Assembly (NCBI GenBank): GCA_964016885.1
Contig: OZ024749.1
Coordinates: 11,098,001-11,162,000 of the forward strand
Length of the DNA stretch: 64,000 nt
Reading direction: 5' to 3'
Source: Eledone cirrhosa
Lineage: Eukaryota
Shown piece by piece: positions 39,193 to 51,227 of the stretch. Position 1 is the first letter of the stretch. Each line of letters opens with the position of its first letter. The translations under genes were made by a program, and so were the position numbers. Below the pieces are notes generated by a model. The model had not been told where the DNA came from and did not search any database. It worked only from the letters and a program-made list of their open reading frames with translations.

Positions 39193-40021
39193 TAGGTGGA
39201 TTGGCAGTATCGGTAGAGGGTCGGACGCCATGCTTTCCAGTATAGTTACGTCCCTTTACGATCTGAGTTCAAATCCCGCCGAGGTTGACTTTGCCTTTCA
39301 TCCTTACGGGGTCGATAAAATAAAGTACCAGTAATGCACTGGGTAATTGCTGGCCTTGTGCCTAAAGTAGAAACAATTATTTATTCAAAGTAATCCAACT
39401 TATTTTACTAAGGGGATAAAAAATTATAAACCATACGCAGTTCCACGCTTCTTACTTTATTATAGTTTAGATATGTTATCAATAGCAATAATACTGTTTA
39501 AGTATCAATTAATTACAGCTGTAGCATTACCTGATATAACTCATAGTCTCAAATAAAATGTATAGTAACCAAGGGAAACAACTCAATTAAGATTGGAGTC
39601 ATCTCCCTTTATATGACATGGTTAAGGTATCAATGCTGGTTGTTACGACCCTTTACGATCTGAATTCAAATCCTGCCGAGATTAACTTTGCCCTTCACCC
39701 TTACGGGTCGATAAAATAAAGCACTAGTAATGTACTGGGGTTATTGCTGGCCTTGTGCAAAAAATAGAAATAATGATCTATATGTATATATTAGGGCGGT
39801 GGATTGGCAGTATCGGTAGAGCGTCGGACACCATGCTTAGCAGCATAGAGTTACAGCCTTTTACGGTCTGAGTTTAAATCCCGCCGAAGTTAGCTTTACT
39901 TTTCATGCTTACGAAGCCGATAAATAAAGCATCAGTAATGCATTGGGGTTGATTTAATCGACTTTTCACTCCACTAAATGTGCCTAAATCAAAAACCATT
40001 ATTATTATTATTATTATTATT
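39193..40021 (+). mobile_element. cluster of three copies of tRNA-derived SINE family B (Nin-like central domain, (ATT)n tail)
   Basis: TGGCAGTATCGG A box, GAGTTCAAATCC B box, GACTTTGCCTTTCATCCTTACGGGGTCGATAAAATAAAGTACCAG core; copies at ~39193, 39630 and 39793. Confidence 0.85.
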
Positions 40022-41051
40022 GTGGAAGGGACAAGTTCCATTGGCGAGGCAGTCTTTTTGCTGCCAGCACCCTCTCCATGGAGGACTGGGCACACCATGG
40101 CTGATGATGCACAAACAGATGTGGCTGCCATTTGTTAGGCAGGTCTTTCTGCAGCTCATCTCTTTGACTGAGCTGCAGTTGTGGATCAAACAAAGACCAA
40201 GGCTGGGTGCTTGGCATCTGGAATGTTTTCAGGTGCTCATGACCCTCCACTAGTTGGGCGATGCAATCAGTGGAAATCCACTCTAGAGTTCTCTAGAGGA
40301 CTAGTAGTGGGGAAGTGCACTGGCGTTCTTGAAGAATATCTGGGCATCGATGAAGATGAACTGGCTAGTCTGTTCCGGAGAACTTGTGAGCGGTGGACTA
40401 TGTACAACTTCCAGAAATCCCTAGCTTGGCATTGCTACCGGGGCACTACCAGTTCCAGACAAACTCAACAGGGTGTGATGCCTGACTCACTTGTCTGAGA
40501 TGCATGCAGAGCGACAAAACCATTCTACATGGTCTGTGCATTACTGACTTGTGGAGTTTTGTTGAACAGCTACTATTGCATGTAGGACAGATCCGGCTAA
40601 TGACCGAGTCTGTCATGAAGATCGCCCCGCCGCCTTCTTTTCGCTGAGAAGGGCAGGTCGTTTTCCTCTGTGTCGTGGTCGTAGCAAAAGAAGGGGTGTG
40701 TTAGACCAGGTTGAAAGGACTGAAGACAGACAATTCCTAATCAACTTTTTCAAGTTCCACTTGAAAGGAAAGTGAGAGTGAAGAGGGAAATGCTGTCCCC
40801 TAGTATATTTGTTAAAAGGTGGAGATGAATATAGCAAGAATGGCCTGCGTAAGTGGTCCTTTTCTAACCATGAGTGGTTTAAGATTGGTGTGGTCCTCTC
40901 CTCTATGAGGGAATTCTCATTATGTATTTTGTTGTTTATTGTTATCTGTTACCTTTTTTTACTCGATTTCATTGTAAACCCCCTTCCTCCTACTTCCCCT
41001 CTCTTTTGTATTGTCCTACATATTTCGGCCCTTGTGTCCAACAAAGAAATT
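40022..41051 (+). mobile_element. L1/Tx1-like LINE 3' fragment, decayed
   Basis: remnant C-terminal Cys/His region (FQKSLAWHCYRG...), pyrimidine-rich 3' UTR; related minus-strand copy at ~19720-20095. Confidence 0.55.
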
Positions 41052-41937
41052 CAGTAATGTACTGAGTAATTGCTGGCCTTGTGCCAAAAGTAGAAACAAT
41101 TATTATTATTATTCTCTATTTCTATATATTAAAATAAAGTACCAGTAATGTACTGAGTAATTGCTGGCCTTGTGCCAAAACTAGAAACAATTATTATTAT
41201 TATTCTCTATTTCTATATATTAAAATAAAGTACCAGTAATGTACTGAGTAATTGCTGGCCTTGTGCCAAAACTAGAAACAATTATTATTATTATTCTCTA
41301 TTTCTATATATTAAAATAAAGTACCAGTAATGTACTGAGTAATTGCTGGCCTTGTGCCAAAACTAGAAACAATTATTATTATTATTCTCTATTTCTATAT
41401 ATTAAAATAAAGTACCAGTAATGTACTGAGTAATTGCTGGCCTTGTGCCAAAACTAGAAACAATTATTATTATTATTCTCTATTTCTATATATTAAAATA
41501 AAGTACCAGTAATGTACTGAGTAATTGCTGGCCTTGTGCCAAAACTAGAAACAATTATTATTATTATTCTCTATTTCTATATATTAAAATAAAGTACCAG
41601 TAATGTACTGAGTAATTGCTGGCCTTGTGCCAAAAGTAGAAACAATTATTATTATTATTCTCTATCTCTATATATTAAAATAAAGTACCAGTAATGTACT
41701 GAGTAATTGCTGGCCTTGTGCCAAAACTAGAAACAATTATTATTATTATTCTCTATTTCTATATATTAAAATAAAGTACCAGTAATGTACTGGGTAATTG
41801 CTGGCCTTGTGCCAAAACTAGAAACAATTATTATTATTATTCTCTATTTCTATATATTAAAATAAAGTACCAGTAATGTACTGAGTAATTGCTGGCCTTG
41901 TGCCAAAAGTAGAAACAATTATTCTCTATCTCTATAT
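41052..41937 (+). repeat. 91-bp tandem repeat x~10 derived from the SINE family B tail
   Basis: period 91 (41052, 41143, 41234 ... 41871). Confidence 0.95.
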
Positions 41938-41989
41938 TGTGTAATTCTTTCTCATGATATATGTCCCAATCTTTATTTAATATTTTCAG

Positions 41990-42118
41990 TCTATCAATGA
42001 AAGGCCAGAAATTTGAAATAGCGAAAGCTGTAGCAAAAGTTGTAATTAGTACACTAACTAAACAGGATTATGTGAATGTCATATGTGCTCGTGCCAGCCA
42101 TTGGGATGAAGTTGGCAA
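41990..42118 (+). CDS. alpha2delta-family exon 3 (VWA, completes MIDAS DxSxS)
   Basis: ttttcAG|...GGCAA|GTaagt; LSMKGQKFEIAKAVAKVVISTLTKQDYVNVICARASHWDEVG(K); the splice creates DCSLS. Confidence 0.93.
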
Positions 42119-42525
42119 GTAAGTATCCTACATAACTTATTCTTATTAGTACTGAACTCACTGTAAATGAGGTTGGTGTGAGGAAGGGCATCCAGCTGTA
42201 GAAATCAAGCTAAAATCAGTTCTGTATGAGCAAGACATGGTCGCCTGACCTAGCATTGCCCACAACAGGACAACCTGTCTAGCATGGAAGAATGGGCGTA
42301 AAACGGTGACAATGATGATGAATATTATAATTAGGATATGTGAAGACACATGGCTTAGTGGTTAGTCTGATCAGCTCATCACAACATCGACTGTGGTGAC
42401 AACAACATTTTCTAATTAAAGACATTCCCTATTTTCAAATAATCTTTAAAAATAATCAAGAATTTGTAGAGATTTAGTAATATAATTAACTTTCTTATTA
42501 TTAAGCTGGTGCATTTAGCATTTAA

Positions 42526-42717
42526 CCCTTTATCATTTACTATTGTATTTCCATGGTAAACACTTTATTTCATATAATATCGAATTTATGAGATTTTGAT
42601 ATTATTTATTTTGAGAACAATACCTTAACATAAGTATGGTCAGCTGGTTACAGCTGGTTTGAACAGAAAGAGGTGAGAGCATTCTGGTTGGATATGGCTG
42701 GTTTAAATGCTAAAGGG
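42526..42717. mobile_element. piggyBac-like MITE, same family
   Basis: TTAA|CCCTTTATCATTTA ... TAAATGCTAAAGGG|TTAA. Confidence 0.85.
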
Positions 42718-43259
42718 TTAACAAAGGTTCTTACATAAAATCATGATGGAAGGTTTTTAGATAAATATAAGCACTTGTGGTTTCAGGCAGTTTGGTATGA
42801 AAAAGGGGTTAAGATTACCTATAGCAAGAGGTGATCGAGGGATTATTTAGTGGCTAACTATAGGTTCAGCATCTCAGAAATACAATCTAAAAGACTTATC
42901 AGAATATTGGTATTAGTCAAATATTCTTGTAGCCTATCTCATGGACTTAGGGGATAAATTTAATATAAAGAGTGTAGTGTTCACACCATAGCAGCTCCAT
43001 GCATGAGTGCATCATTCTTTATATTGGTAGTTATACAACATGGCCAAATAGATGGCTTCAGGGTCATGAAGTTCTAGGTTCAATCTCAGTCGGTGTTTGG
43101 AGATTTTGGGGAAGTGTTTGTTTTTTTTTTGTTCTTTTTTTTTTATCATAGCCTCGGGTTAAGCCAAACTTTTAAAGTGAAATTTGTAGATGGTAACTGT
43201 ATAGAAGCCCATCAGTACCTGTATTTCTATGAAATAAACTCACCCATTCTAAAGTGTTC

Positions 43260-43646
43260 ATCATCACCGTTTTACGTCCGTTCTTCCACGCTAGCATGGG
43301 TTAGACGGGTTGTCCTGTTGTGGGCAGTGTCCAGTCGGCTGACCTTGTCTTGCTCATACAGGAACTGATTCTGGCTTGATTTCTACAGCTGGATGCCCTT
43401 CCTAACACCAACCTCATTTACAGTGAGTGCTGGGTGCTTTTTTTCTGTGGCGCCTACACATCCACTTTGCAGTGGAATGATAGGGACCCCAGTCCCTATC
43501 ATCTCATTTCTACAGCTGAGTAAACTGGAGCAACGTGAAATAAAGCGTCTTGCTCAAGGAAACAACACATCACCCGGTCCAAGAATTGAACTCAGAACCT
43601 TTCGATTGCAAGCCCAATGCTCTAACCACTAAGCCATGTGCCTTCA
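43260..43646 (-). mobile_element. SINE family A, alternative tail
   Basis: same head; tail CCCGTCTAACCCATGCTAGCGTGGAAG. Confidence 0.9.
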
Positions 43647-44081
43647 CATTTATATTAAAATATTCCAACTTACCGCATTGAAGATGCTACTTCCTAAAAT
43701 AAGTCTAAAAAATCTACCGTGTGTCCCGGAAGCCGAAGGTCGTTTATTTTTTTTTCAAATTTTAGCTTGTCAAAATTAGGGTGCATTACGGTGCCTCCTC
43801 AAGGACAAGCGTCTTCAGTGCCGGGAAATACGGTAATTTTTTATAAGAACCATATTTTAAGTTAATAATCTTTGTAATAAAATAACAAATAATTTTAGTC
43901 AAATTTTTCATTGATTAATTGAAATAGAATACAGGATTGTATATCTGTATATCAGCCCCTTAGAAGAATCAATAGAGTGCCGGAATATATGTAAATGAAG
44001 GCCTATCTGAGAGGGCAGTGGATCAACTTGAGTACAGTCTCTGATGATATGTCCAACTATAGCAGAAAACAAACATTATAT

Positions 44082-44290
44082 AATGATGATGACAACGGTG
44101 GTGATGGTGATGGTGGTAATGTTGATGATGATGATGACGGTGATGATGATGATGACAGTGACAACAACAACGATGATGATGGTGATGATGATGATGATGG
44201 TGATGGTGATGGTGATGGTGATGGTGATGAAGATGATGATGATGATGACAACACTGATGATTATGATGATGATGATGATGATGATGAAGA
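44082..44290. repeat. (GAT/GGT)n trinucleotide repeat
   Basis: direct reading. Confidence 0.9.
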
Positions 44291-44389
44291 GTCTATTTCA
44301 TAAGAAATACTGACCCAAAAGTGTTAAAACACTAAATTAGATAAAGATGGTGTTGTATTATATTTGTTTTCTCTTGGCTTTCTTTCCAG

Positions 44390-44518
44390 GTGGCATCATT
44401 TCACTACAGAAGTCCTCAGTTGTCAGCAGAACAGAATGGTTCCTGCTACCATCGCACATCGAAAAGATTTAATTGAAAAAATTTACAGTTTAAAAGCTGG
44501 CGGGACCAGTGAACTAGA
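44390..44518 (+). CDS. alpha2delta-family exon 4 (VWA)
   Basis: ctttccAG|...CTAGA|GTaagt; WHHFTTEVLSCQQNRMVPATIAHRKDLIEKIYSLKAGGTSEL(E); phase 2/2. Confidence 0.93.
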
Positions 44519-44549
44519 GTAAGTGTCACTGTGTCTTTGTGTTTTATAC

Positions 44550-45356
44550 ATGGTATCATTTATGACTGTATATACTTTAATATAAGCCGACCACACTATG
44601 GTATCACTTATTACTGTATATACTTGAATATAAGCCAACCACACTACGGTATCATTTATGACTGTATATACTTGAATATAAGCCGACCACACTATGGTAT
44701 CATTTATGACTGTATATACTTGAATATAAGCCGACCACACTATGGTATCACTTATTACTGTATATACTTGAATATAAGAAAACAGCACAGTTCCCATGAC
44801 TTTCGGAAACATTTTTTCATGCTCAGAGTTGCTGAAGCATGGAACAAACTACTTGCATCAGTTATTAGCTGCCAAGACACTGCATCCTTTAAAACCTCCA
44901 TGCTTCCTGAGATTCGCCAACACTACACCTAATATTTCCCCTCCATACACACACACACATGTATATCATGATTCATACACTATTCACTTCCCTGACATTT
45001 GTATATTAATCTATGTACTATACATGCACCTTTGACGAGTTGTAGTGCACCTGAGCACTGTACACAATAATTTCATTCATTATTATTATTATAAGCCAAC
45101 CTCACTGTATATACTTGAATATAAGCCAACCACACTGTATATACTTGGATATAAGCCGACCTCATTGCACATACTTGAATATAAGCCAACCTCACTATGG
45201 TATCATTTATTAAATGGGCAAAAATCCAAACCTTATTTACATAAAATTTGAAGTTGGTGAAAATCCTCAAAATATTGACCCTGAATATAAACCGACCCCA
45301 CTTCTAACATTGATTTTTTGTCATATTGCTTGGCTAATATTTCAGTGTATATAGTA
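44550..45356. mobile_element. Tc1/mariner-superfamily-like MITE with tandemly amplified left end (48-bp units), interrupted by a CR1 fragment
   Basis: ACTGTATATACTTGAATATAAGCCGACC repeats; degenerate inverted copy at ~45328-45356. Confidence 0.55.
44779..45092 (+). mobile_element. CR1-like LINE 3' end with (TAT)n tail
   Basis: FRKHFFMLRVAEAWNKL...FK C-terminal motif; second copy at 30385-30615 minus. Confidence 0.8.
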
Positions 45357-45541
45357 TACAATGTTATACTTTGAGAAGGTGATCCTGCCAATAAAAACAC
45401 AACACCAGTTAAGTTCCAGTTTTATCATTAGTTGAGTAACTAATCCTCACTTATCAGGTGCTTGTTTAATTGTTAATTATCAAAGCTCTTTCATCACACA
45501 TATATATATATTTAATATAGAAATGGCTTCTACAGGACTAG

Positions 45542-45575
45542 AACTGTTTCATTTGGGAGAAATCATCAGGAAGTC
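45542..45575 (-). ncRNA. decayed hammerhead core
   Basis: reverse complement CTGATGA TTTCTCCCAAAT GAAA CAGTT; stem I not evident. Confidence 0.3.
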
Positions 45576-46234
45576 GACTGTCCAAGTAATATGGTGGTAT
45601 TTATATCTTTTCTGGTGTAGGAGAGGGTGGGGATTGGGATGGGTGGAGGTCATTGGTTGATGGATTTAAAGAAAAGGGAATTCTTTGTAAACTATATTTA
45701 GAGCAACAAAAGCAGAAAGAATTCTATAGACAAGTTCAGACTGGGGGTGGGGAGGCACTCCTGATTTTTAACGTTCACTTAAGCTAACAATGGCTATTCA
45801 TTGGTAGCTTTGCAGAAATAATCAGGTGCCTACAATCACACTTTCACACACACACACACATGCCCTCACTCCCACACACACGTACACGCACGAACACACA
45901 CTCATATATATAGATATATATATATACACACACACACACACATACATATACAGGCTGTGACAGCGGTAGCATAAGATAAGCTGAGATTTTGTCAATTTCC
46001 TTCTTTCAATGTTTATATATATAGATATATATGCACTATTGTCTGTTTGTTTTTATATAACTGTTAATATATATATGTGTGTTGTTTACATACATATATT
46101 CCTAACGGAAAAATTGGTCATATTTAGAGTAGCCATGTTTTAAATAACATAGGCTAGGAAATAGTCATTTTCATCCCACCCACCCGCCCTATACACTCAT
46201 GTACATAGCACGTTAAACCAAGTTCCGCTAAGTG

Positions 46235-46985
46235 CAGACACGGGGCAGATGGAGGCTCCATAAGCCGTAGTGTAGGCAACCCGTCTAGGAGAGCTACCAC
46301 TCCAAATAAATTGGTGCGGGGTAGAGAAGTCCCCTAAGTCCAGTAAGACAACTTCCCTAGTGCTGGTGGCATGAATAAAAGCACCCAGTCCATGCTGTAA
46401 AATGGAGGGGTAGAGAAGTCCCCTAAGTCCAGTAAGACAACTTCCCTAGTGCTGGTGGCATGAATAAAAGCACCCAGTCCATGCTGTAAAATGGAGGGGT
46501 AGAGAAGTCCCCTATGTCCAGTAAGACAACTTCCCTAGTGCTGGTGGCATGAATAAAAGCACCCAGTCCATGCTGTAAAATGGAGGGGTAGAGAGGGCCC
46601 TTTAGTACAGTAAGACAACCTCTCTAGTGCTGGTGGCATGAATAAAAGCACCCAGTCCATGCTGTAAAGTGGTGCTGGTGTTAGGAAGGGCATCTAACCA
46701 GTATATATACTACTGCCAAAAACTATGAGCACAACAAATGAGAATTGCAACAACTGCGTTAACAGCAATAACACTAACCACGGTAGTGGGGTGGCTGGTG
46801 AGGCCATGTGCAAGAACCCCCCCGACCGTCATCAAGCAATCACACAACAGGAACAAGAATATGAAGACGTCGCATTTCAGAGTTGCCACACTTAATGTTG
46901 GCACTCTCACAGGTAGGTCTGGTGAAATAGTGGAGATGCTGGGGAGAAGGCATGTGGATGTGTGCTGCGTGCAAGAGGTGAGAAT
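46235..46985 (+). mobile_element. RTE LINE 5' end (UTR with 89-bp x4 tandem, start of AP endonuclease)
   Basis: homologous to 20605-20935; FRVATLNVGTLTGRSGEIVEMLGRRHVDVCCVQEVR. Confidence 0.88.
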
Positions 46986-47542
46986 CGTGTGTCGAAACAA
47001 ATATTGTTATACTTGAGGAGGGTCGTATTGTTGTAATAATATTGCCAGAAATAATAACAGAACACACTCACTGTTTGGTTGGTTTTCGCTTCTGTATCTT
47101 TTATATCTCCATTGTTAATTCATTTGGCAATCAACGTTTATCATTGATTGACCAATGGTTAAAAATACATTTATTTATATATATATATATATGTGTGTGT
47201 AGAGGTAGACCTAGGATGACCTGGGCAGAAATGGTGAGAAGTTATCTCACATCACTGAGACTCATAGAGGAGATGACGTGGAACGTAGTGAGGTGCTGCA
47301 CAGGACCCATCCAACCCATGCAAAAGTGGAAAAACGGATGTAAAAATGATGATGGTGATGGTGATGATTGTGGTGGTGGTCTTCCTCCACACGCCTCCAC
47401 CAAGTCTTCACCATCCTACCTTGTTTCTTACATTCACATAACTATAAAATCTTGAAATGATAAATTATTAAAATGTTCTTTTTTTTTTCTTTTTTTTTTT
47501 TTGTTCTTTCTGTTATTTTGTTTTCTTTTTAATTTGTTTCAG

Positions 47543-47664
47543 GAAAAGTTTCCAGATGAGTTTTGATTTATTGAACAGTTATCCTCGGACAGGGTGTCAG
47601 TCAATTATAGTGTTTGCTACAGATGGTGTAGATACAGATGGAGAACAGATTAGATGTGGGCCAG
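47543..47664 (+). CDS. alpha2delta-family exon 5 (VWA, TDG MIDAS Asp)
   Basis: long poly-T tract, tttcAG|...CCAG|GTaaga; KSFQMSFDLLNSYPRTGCQSIIVFATDGVDTDGEQIRCGP(G); phase 2/1. Confidence 0.93.
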
Positions 47665-48175
47665 GTAAGAGATTCATTGATAATTGAATGTTGACTTCTG
47701 TTTTACATTCTATCATGTTGATGTGTGGTGAGGGTGTTGGTGTTGGTGTTGGTGTGTGGTCTTGTGGTGGTGTTGGTGTGTGGTCTTGTGGTGAGGGTGG
47801 TGGTGTGTGGTCTTGTGGTGAGGGTGTTGGTGTTGGTGTGTGGTCTTGTGGTGAGGGTGTTGGTGTTGGTGTGTGGTCTTGTGGTGAGGGTGGTGGTGTG
47901 CCATTCTCATACATGATGTATCTGGCACAGTTAAACCTGGTGGAGCCCATCATTCCTCCACAGGTCATAACGCAGATGATTTCTTCCAGAAAAAGAAAGA
48001 GATAATCGACCCCAGTACTTTACTGGTACTTCTTTTTATCAACCTCGAAAGGATGAAAGGCAAAGTTGATCTCAGCAGAATTTGAACAGAGAGCCATAAG
48101 TTTGGGGTTATGATAGTGTACTAGAAGTGGAAGGAGGTGTTGTTTGGTGAGTATAAGGGGACACAAATTGTGGTA

Positions 48176-48452
48176 TACCAGAAGAGGGGGAGTACCATCA
48201 CCAGAAGAGGGGGAGTAAGATCACCAGAAGAGGAGGAGTACCATCACCAGAAGAGGGGGAGTAACATCACCAGAAGAGGAGGAGTAAGATCACCAGAAGA
48301 GGGGGAGTAAGATCACCAGAAGAGGGGAGTAATATCACCAGAAGAGGGGGAGTACCATCACCAGAAGAGGGGGGAGTAACATCACCAGAAGAGGGGGAGT
48401 AACATCACCAGTCTGGTGGTATACCAGAAGAGGGGGGAGTAACATCACCAGA
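48176..48452. repeat. ~23-bp minisatellite ATCACCAGAAGAGGGGGAGTAAC (GT-rich minisatellite nearby at 47722-47900)
   Basis: direct reading. Confidence 0.9.
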
Positions 48453-48656
48453 GCAAAAGGGAACTAATACAGGGTCTTTCTAAGTTTGTAGTATCAGAGT
48501 TGTGATTTTTCGAAGAAGCAGATCTACTTGGAGGGACTCCCTCATCTCCAGGCTACACACCCTATTGAGTAACATAAACTTTAAAGATTGTATTTTTTCG
48601 GTCATTACCAAAGATAAAGGTAGGCATGAATACTGAATTGAAGATAACAAGTTTAA

Positions 48657-49938
48657 CCCTTTAGCATTTACACTACTCTATATATACTTTTATATTTTAA
48701 TGGTAAAGGCTTTACCTCACATAATATCTCAGATAACATTTACATTACTCTATATATACTTTTATATTTTCATGGTAAAGGCTTTACCTCACATAATATC
48801 TCACATAACATTTACATTACTCTATATATACTATTTTATTTTCATGGTAAAGGCTTTATCTCACATAATTATCTCACACTAGCAGTGGTACCCGGTCTTG
48901 CACAGGATAAGGTATTTTGGAATGCGGGCCACCAACAGACCTAATCGTGGAAAAACTGCATGCGTGGACAATATGTAAAGAAAATAAACTGAATACTCTG
49001 ATGGCTTTAAGATTTTCCTTGATGAAGCAGGAAAAATGCAGGTTTTCACCTAATGCGGGCCCTAAGGGATCAAGAAAATGAATTTTTTTTTATGTGCATT
49101 ATATGCCTTGAAATTTCGGGAAAATCAGCAAGATGTAACACCTCAAAAGCTGAAGAAAGGAAGTTTTTCACCTAATGCTGGCCCTAGGCCATATAAAAGT
49201 TGGATTTTCTTTGCTCAAGGTATGAAGAAGAGACTGACTAATACATAGTTACAATTTCAAGGAAATCAGTCTGACATAACGACTTAAAAAGCCCTAAAAA
49301 ACCTAAAAAAATGCAGTTTTTCAACTAATGCGGGTCCTAGGGGGTCAAAAAGTTGAATTGTTTATGTGCATAACACTCCCTGAAACATAAGTAACACACA
49401 TGTAAAGTTTGAAAAAAGTCGGTTGGGTACTTTTCGAATTTTAAGGATTCAAACTCACAGACACACACACACACACACACACAGGCAGACATCCTCAGGG
49501 AAGTGACGTAATGCAGACAGTCAGACATACAAACAGATATTATAAGGGCGCGACGTTATATGTATGTATCTATCTAAAAAGAGAAAGACTAAGAATTATA
49601 GAGAGAGATCGCTATCGCTAAATCGCCTAATGCGGTCCCTAAGGCATTGAAAATTTGAAATTTGTTTTGCTCAGAACATTCCCTGAAACATAAGTATTAC
49701 ATGTGTAAAGTTTGAAAACAGTCGGTTGTGTGGTTCTCGAGTTTTAGGGATTCAAACTCACACACAGAGACATCCTCAGTTTTATATATATAGAGATAAT
49801 ATCGAATCTATGAGATTTTGAAAGTATTTATTTTGAAAACAATACCTTAACATCAGTTTGAGCGACCAGTTACAGCCAGTTTCAACAGGAAGAGGTAGAG
49901 AATTCTGGCCAGTTTGGGCCGGTTTGAACACTAAAGGG
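48657..49938. mobile_element. piggyBac-like MITE interrupted by a Helitron
   Basis: TTAA|CCCTTTAG ... CTAAAGGG|TTAA; internal ~70-bp triplication. Confidence 0.85.
48879..49796 (-). mobile_element. non-autonomous Helitron
   Basis: minus strand begins TCTCTATATATATAAAA and ends CTAG; inserted between A and T with no TSD (empty site visible at ~23381-23410). Confidence 0.85.
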
Positions 49939-50005
49939 TTAACTTTTTCTCGTTGCTCTTCAGATCTTTATGAATTTCTAAATATGTTTAAATTCTATTT
50001 TGCAG

Positions 50006-50109
50006 GATATTATACCCGCAGTGGTTACGTACCTGGTCCAATCTGTAGATATAACTGGACTAAAGTTTGGCATGTCTCCAATGAAAAAAATTTGAATTTA
50101 GCACCCCAG
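50006..50109 (+). CDS. alpha2delta-family exon 6 (VWA insertion loop)
   Basis: ttttgcAG|...CCCCAG|GTaaat; YYTRSGYVPGPICRYNWTKVWHVSNEKNLNLAPQ; phase 1/0, required to keep frame between exons 5 and 7. Confidence 0.88.
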
Positions 50110-50136
50110 GTAAATAAATATACATATATATATATG

Positions 50137-50610
50137 TGAAGACACATGGCTTAGTGGTTAGAGCATTGGGCTTACAATCGAAAGGTTGTGAGTTCAATCC
50201 TCAGACCGGGCGATGTGTTGTTTCCTTGTGCAAGACACTTTATTTCAGATTGCTCCAATTTACTCAGCTGTAGAAATGAGATGATAGGGACCGGGGTCCC
50301 TATCATTCCACTGCAAAGTGGATGTGTAGGCGCTACAGAAAAAAAGCACCCAGCCTACACTGTAAATGAGGTTGGTGTTAGGAAGGGCATCCAGCTGTAG
50401 AAATCAAGCCAGAATCAGTTCCCGTATGACCAAGACAAGGTCAGCCCACCGGACACTGCCCACAACAGGACAACCCGTCTAACCCATGCTAGCGTGGAAG
50501 ATGGACGTAAAACAGTGATGATGATATACAGACATACATAATATACGCACACAGAACCATGCTAGCGTGGAAAATGGACGTTAAACAATGATGATGATGA
50601 TGATGATGAC
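50137..50610 (+). mobile_element. SINE family A, alternative tail (tail end duplicated)
   Basis: head starts ~27 nt after the exon 6 donor. Confidence 0.9.
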
Positions 50611-51227
50611 ACATACATACCAATGATGACACATACAGTACCAAAGTCTCTGAATGCAGCCAATTTCTGCTAGAGAGAGAGAGAATGATAGAGAGTGAAA
50701 GTGAGAAAGAGATAGAGAGGAAGAATCAACCCCAGTATTAAACTGGTATTTTTGTTATCAACTTCAAAAGGATGAAAAGCAAAGTTGACTTCTGAGGGAT
50801 TTAAAGGGAGAGTGAAGGGCAGCGTTCTGAGTTCAAAAGTATTCTATCCAATTTGCTAACGATTCTGTCAATTCACCGCACCAACCACATCATACACACA
50901 TATACAAAGAAACAAACACACACACACACACACTCATACAGACACATGTACAGTCACATACACACCCTCACACTCATACATAGAGAAAGAGACACACATA
51001 CACAGAGTGGCAGACAAATGTATTGATATTAATATAGATCTACCTATCACTGAATTGACAGAGTTGATAGAACTGCAGCTAGAAGGATTTATAGTATTCA
51101 GTCAGGCCCTCTGTCAGGCGCTCAGTCACGCCCTCTGCTCTCTCAGTTCAAATCTCGCCACGGTCAACTTTGCCTTTCATCTTTCGAGGTCAATAAAAAA
51201 AAGTACCAGTCAAGTACTGAGGATGAT

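Noticed and set aside
43995-44313. Poly-Asp and poly-Met ORFs
   Set aside because: (GAT)n repeat; exons 3 and 4 join without it
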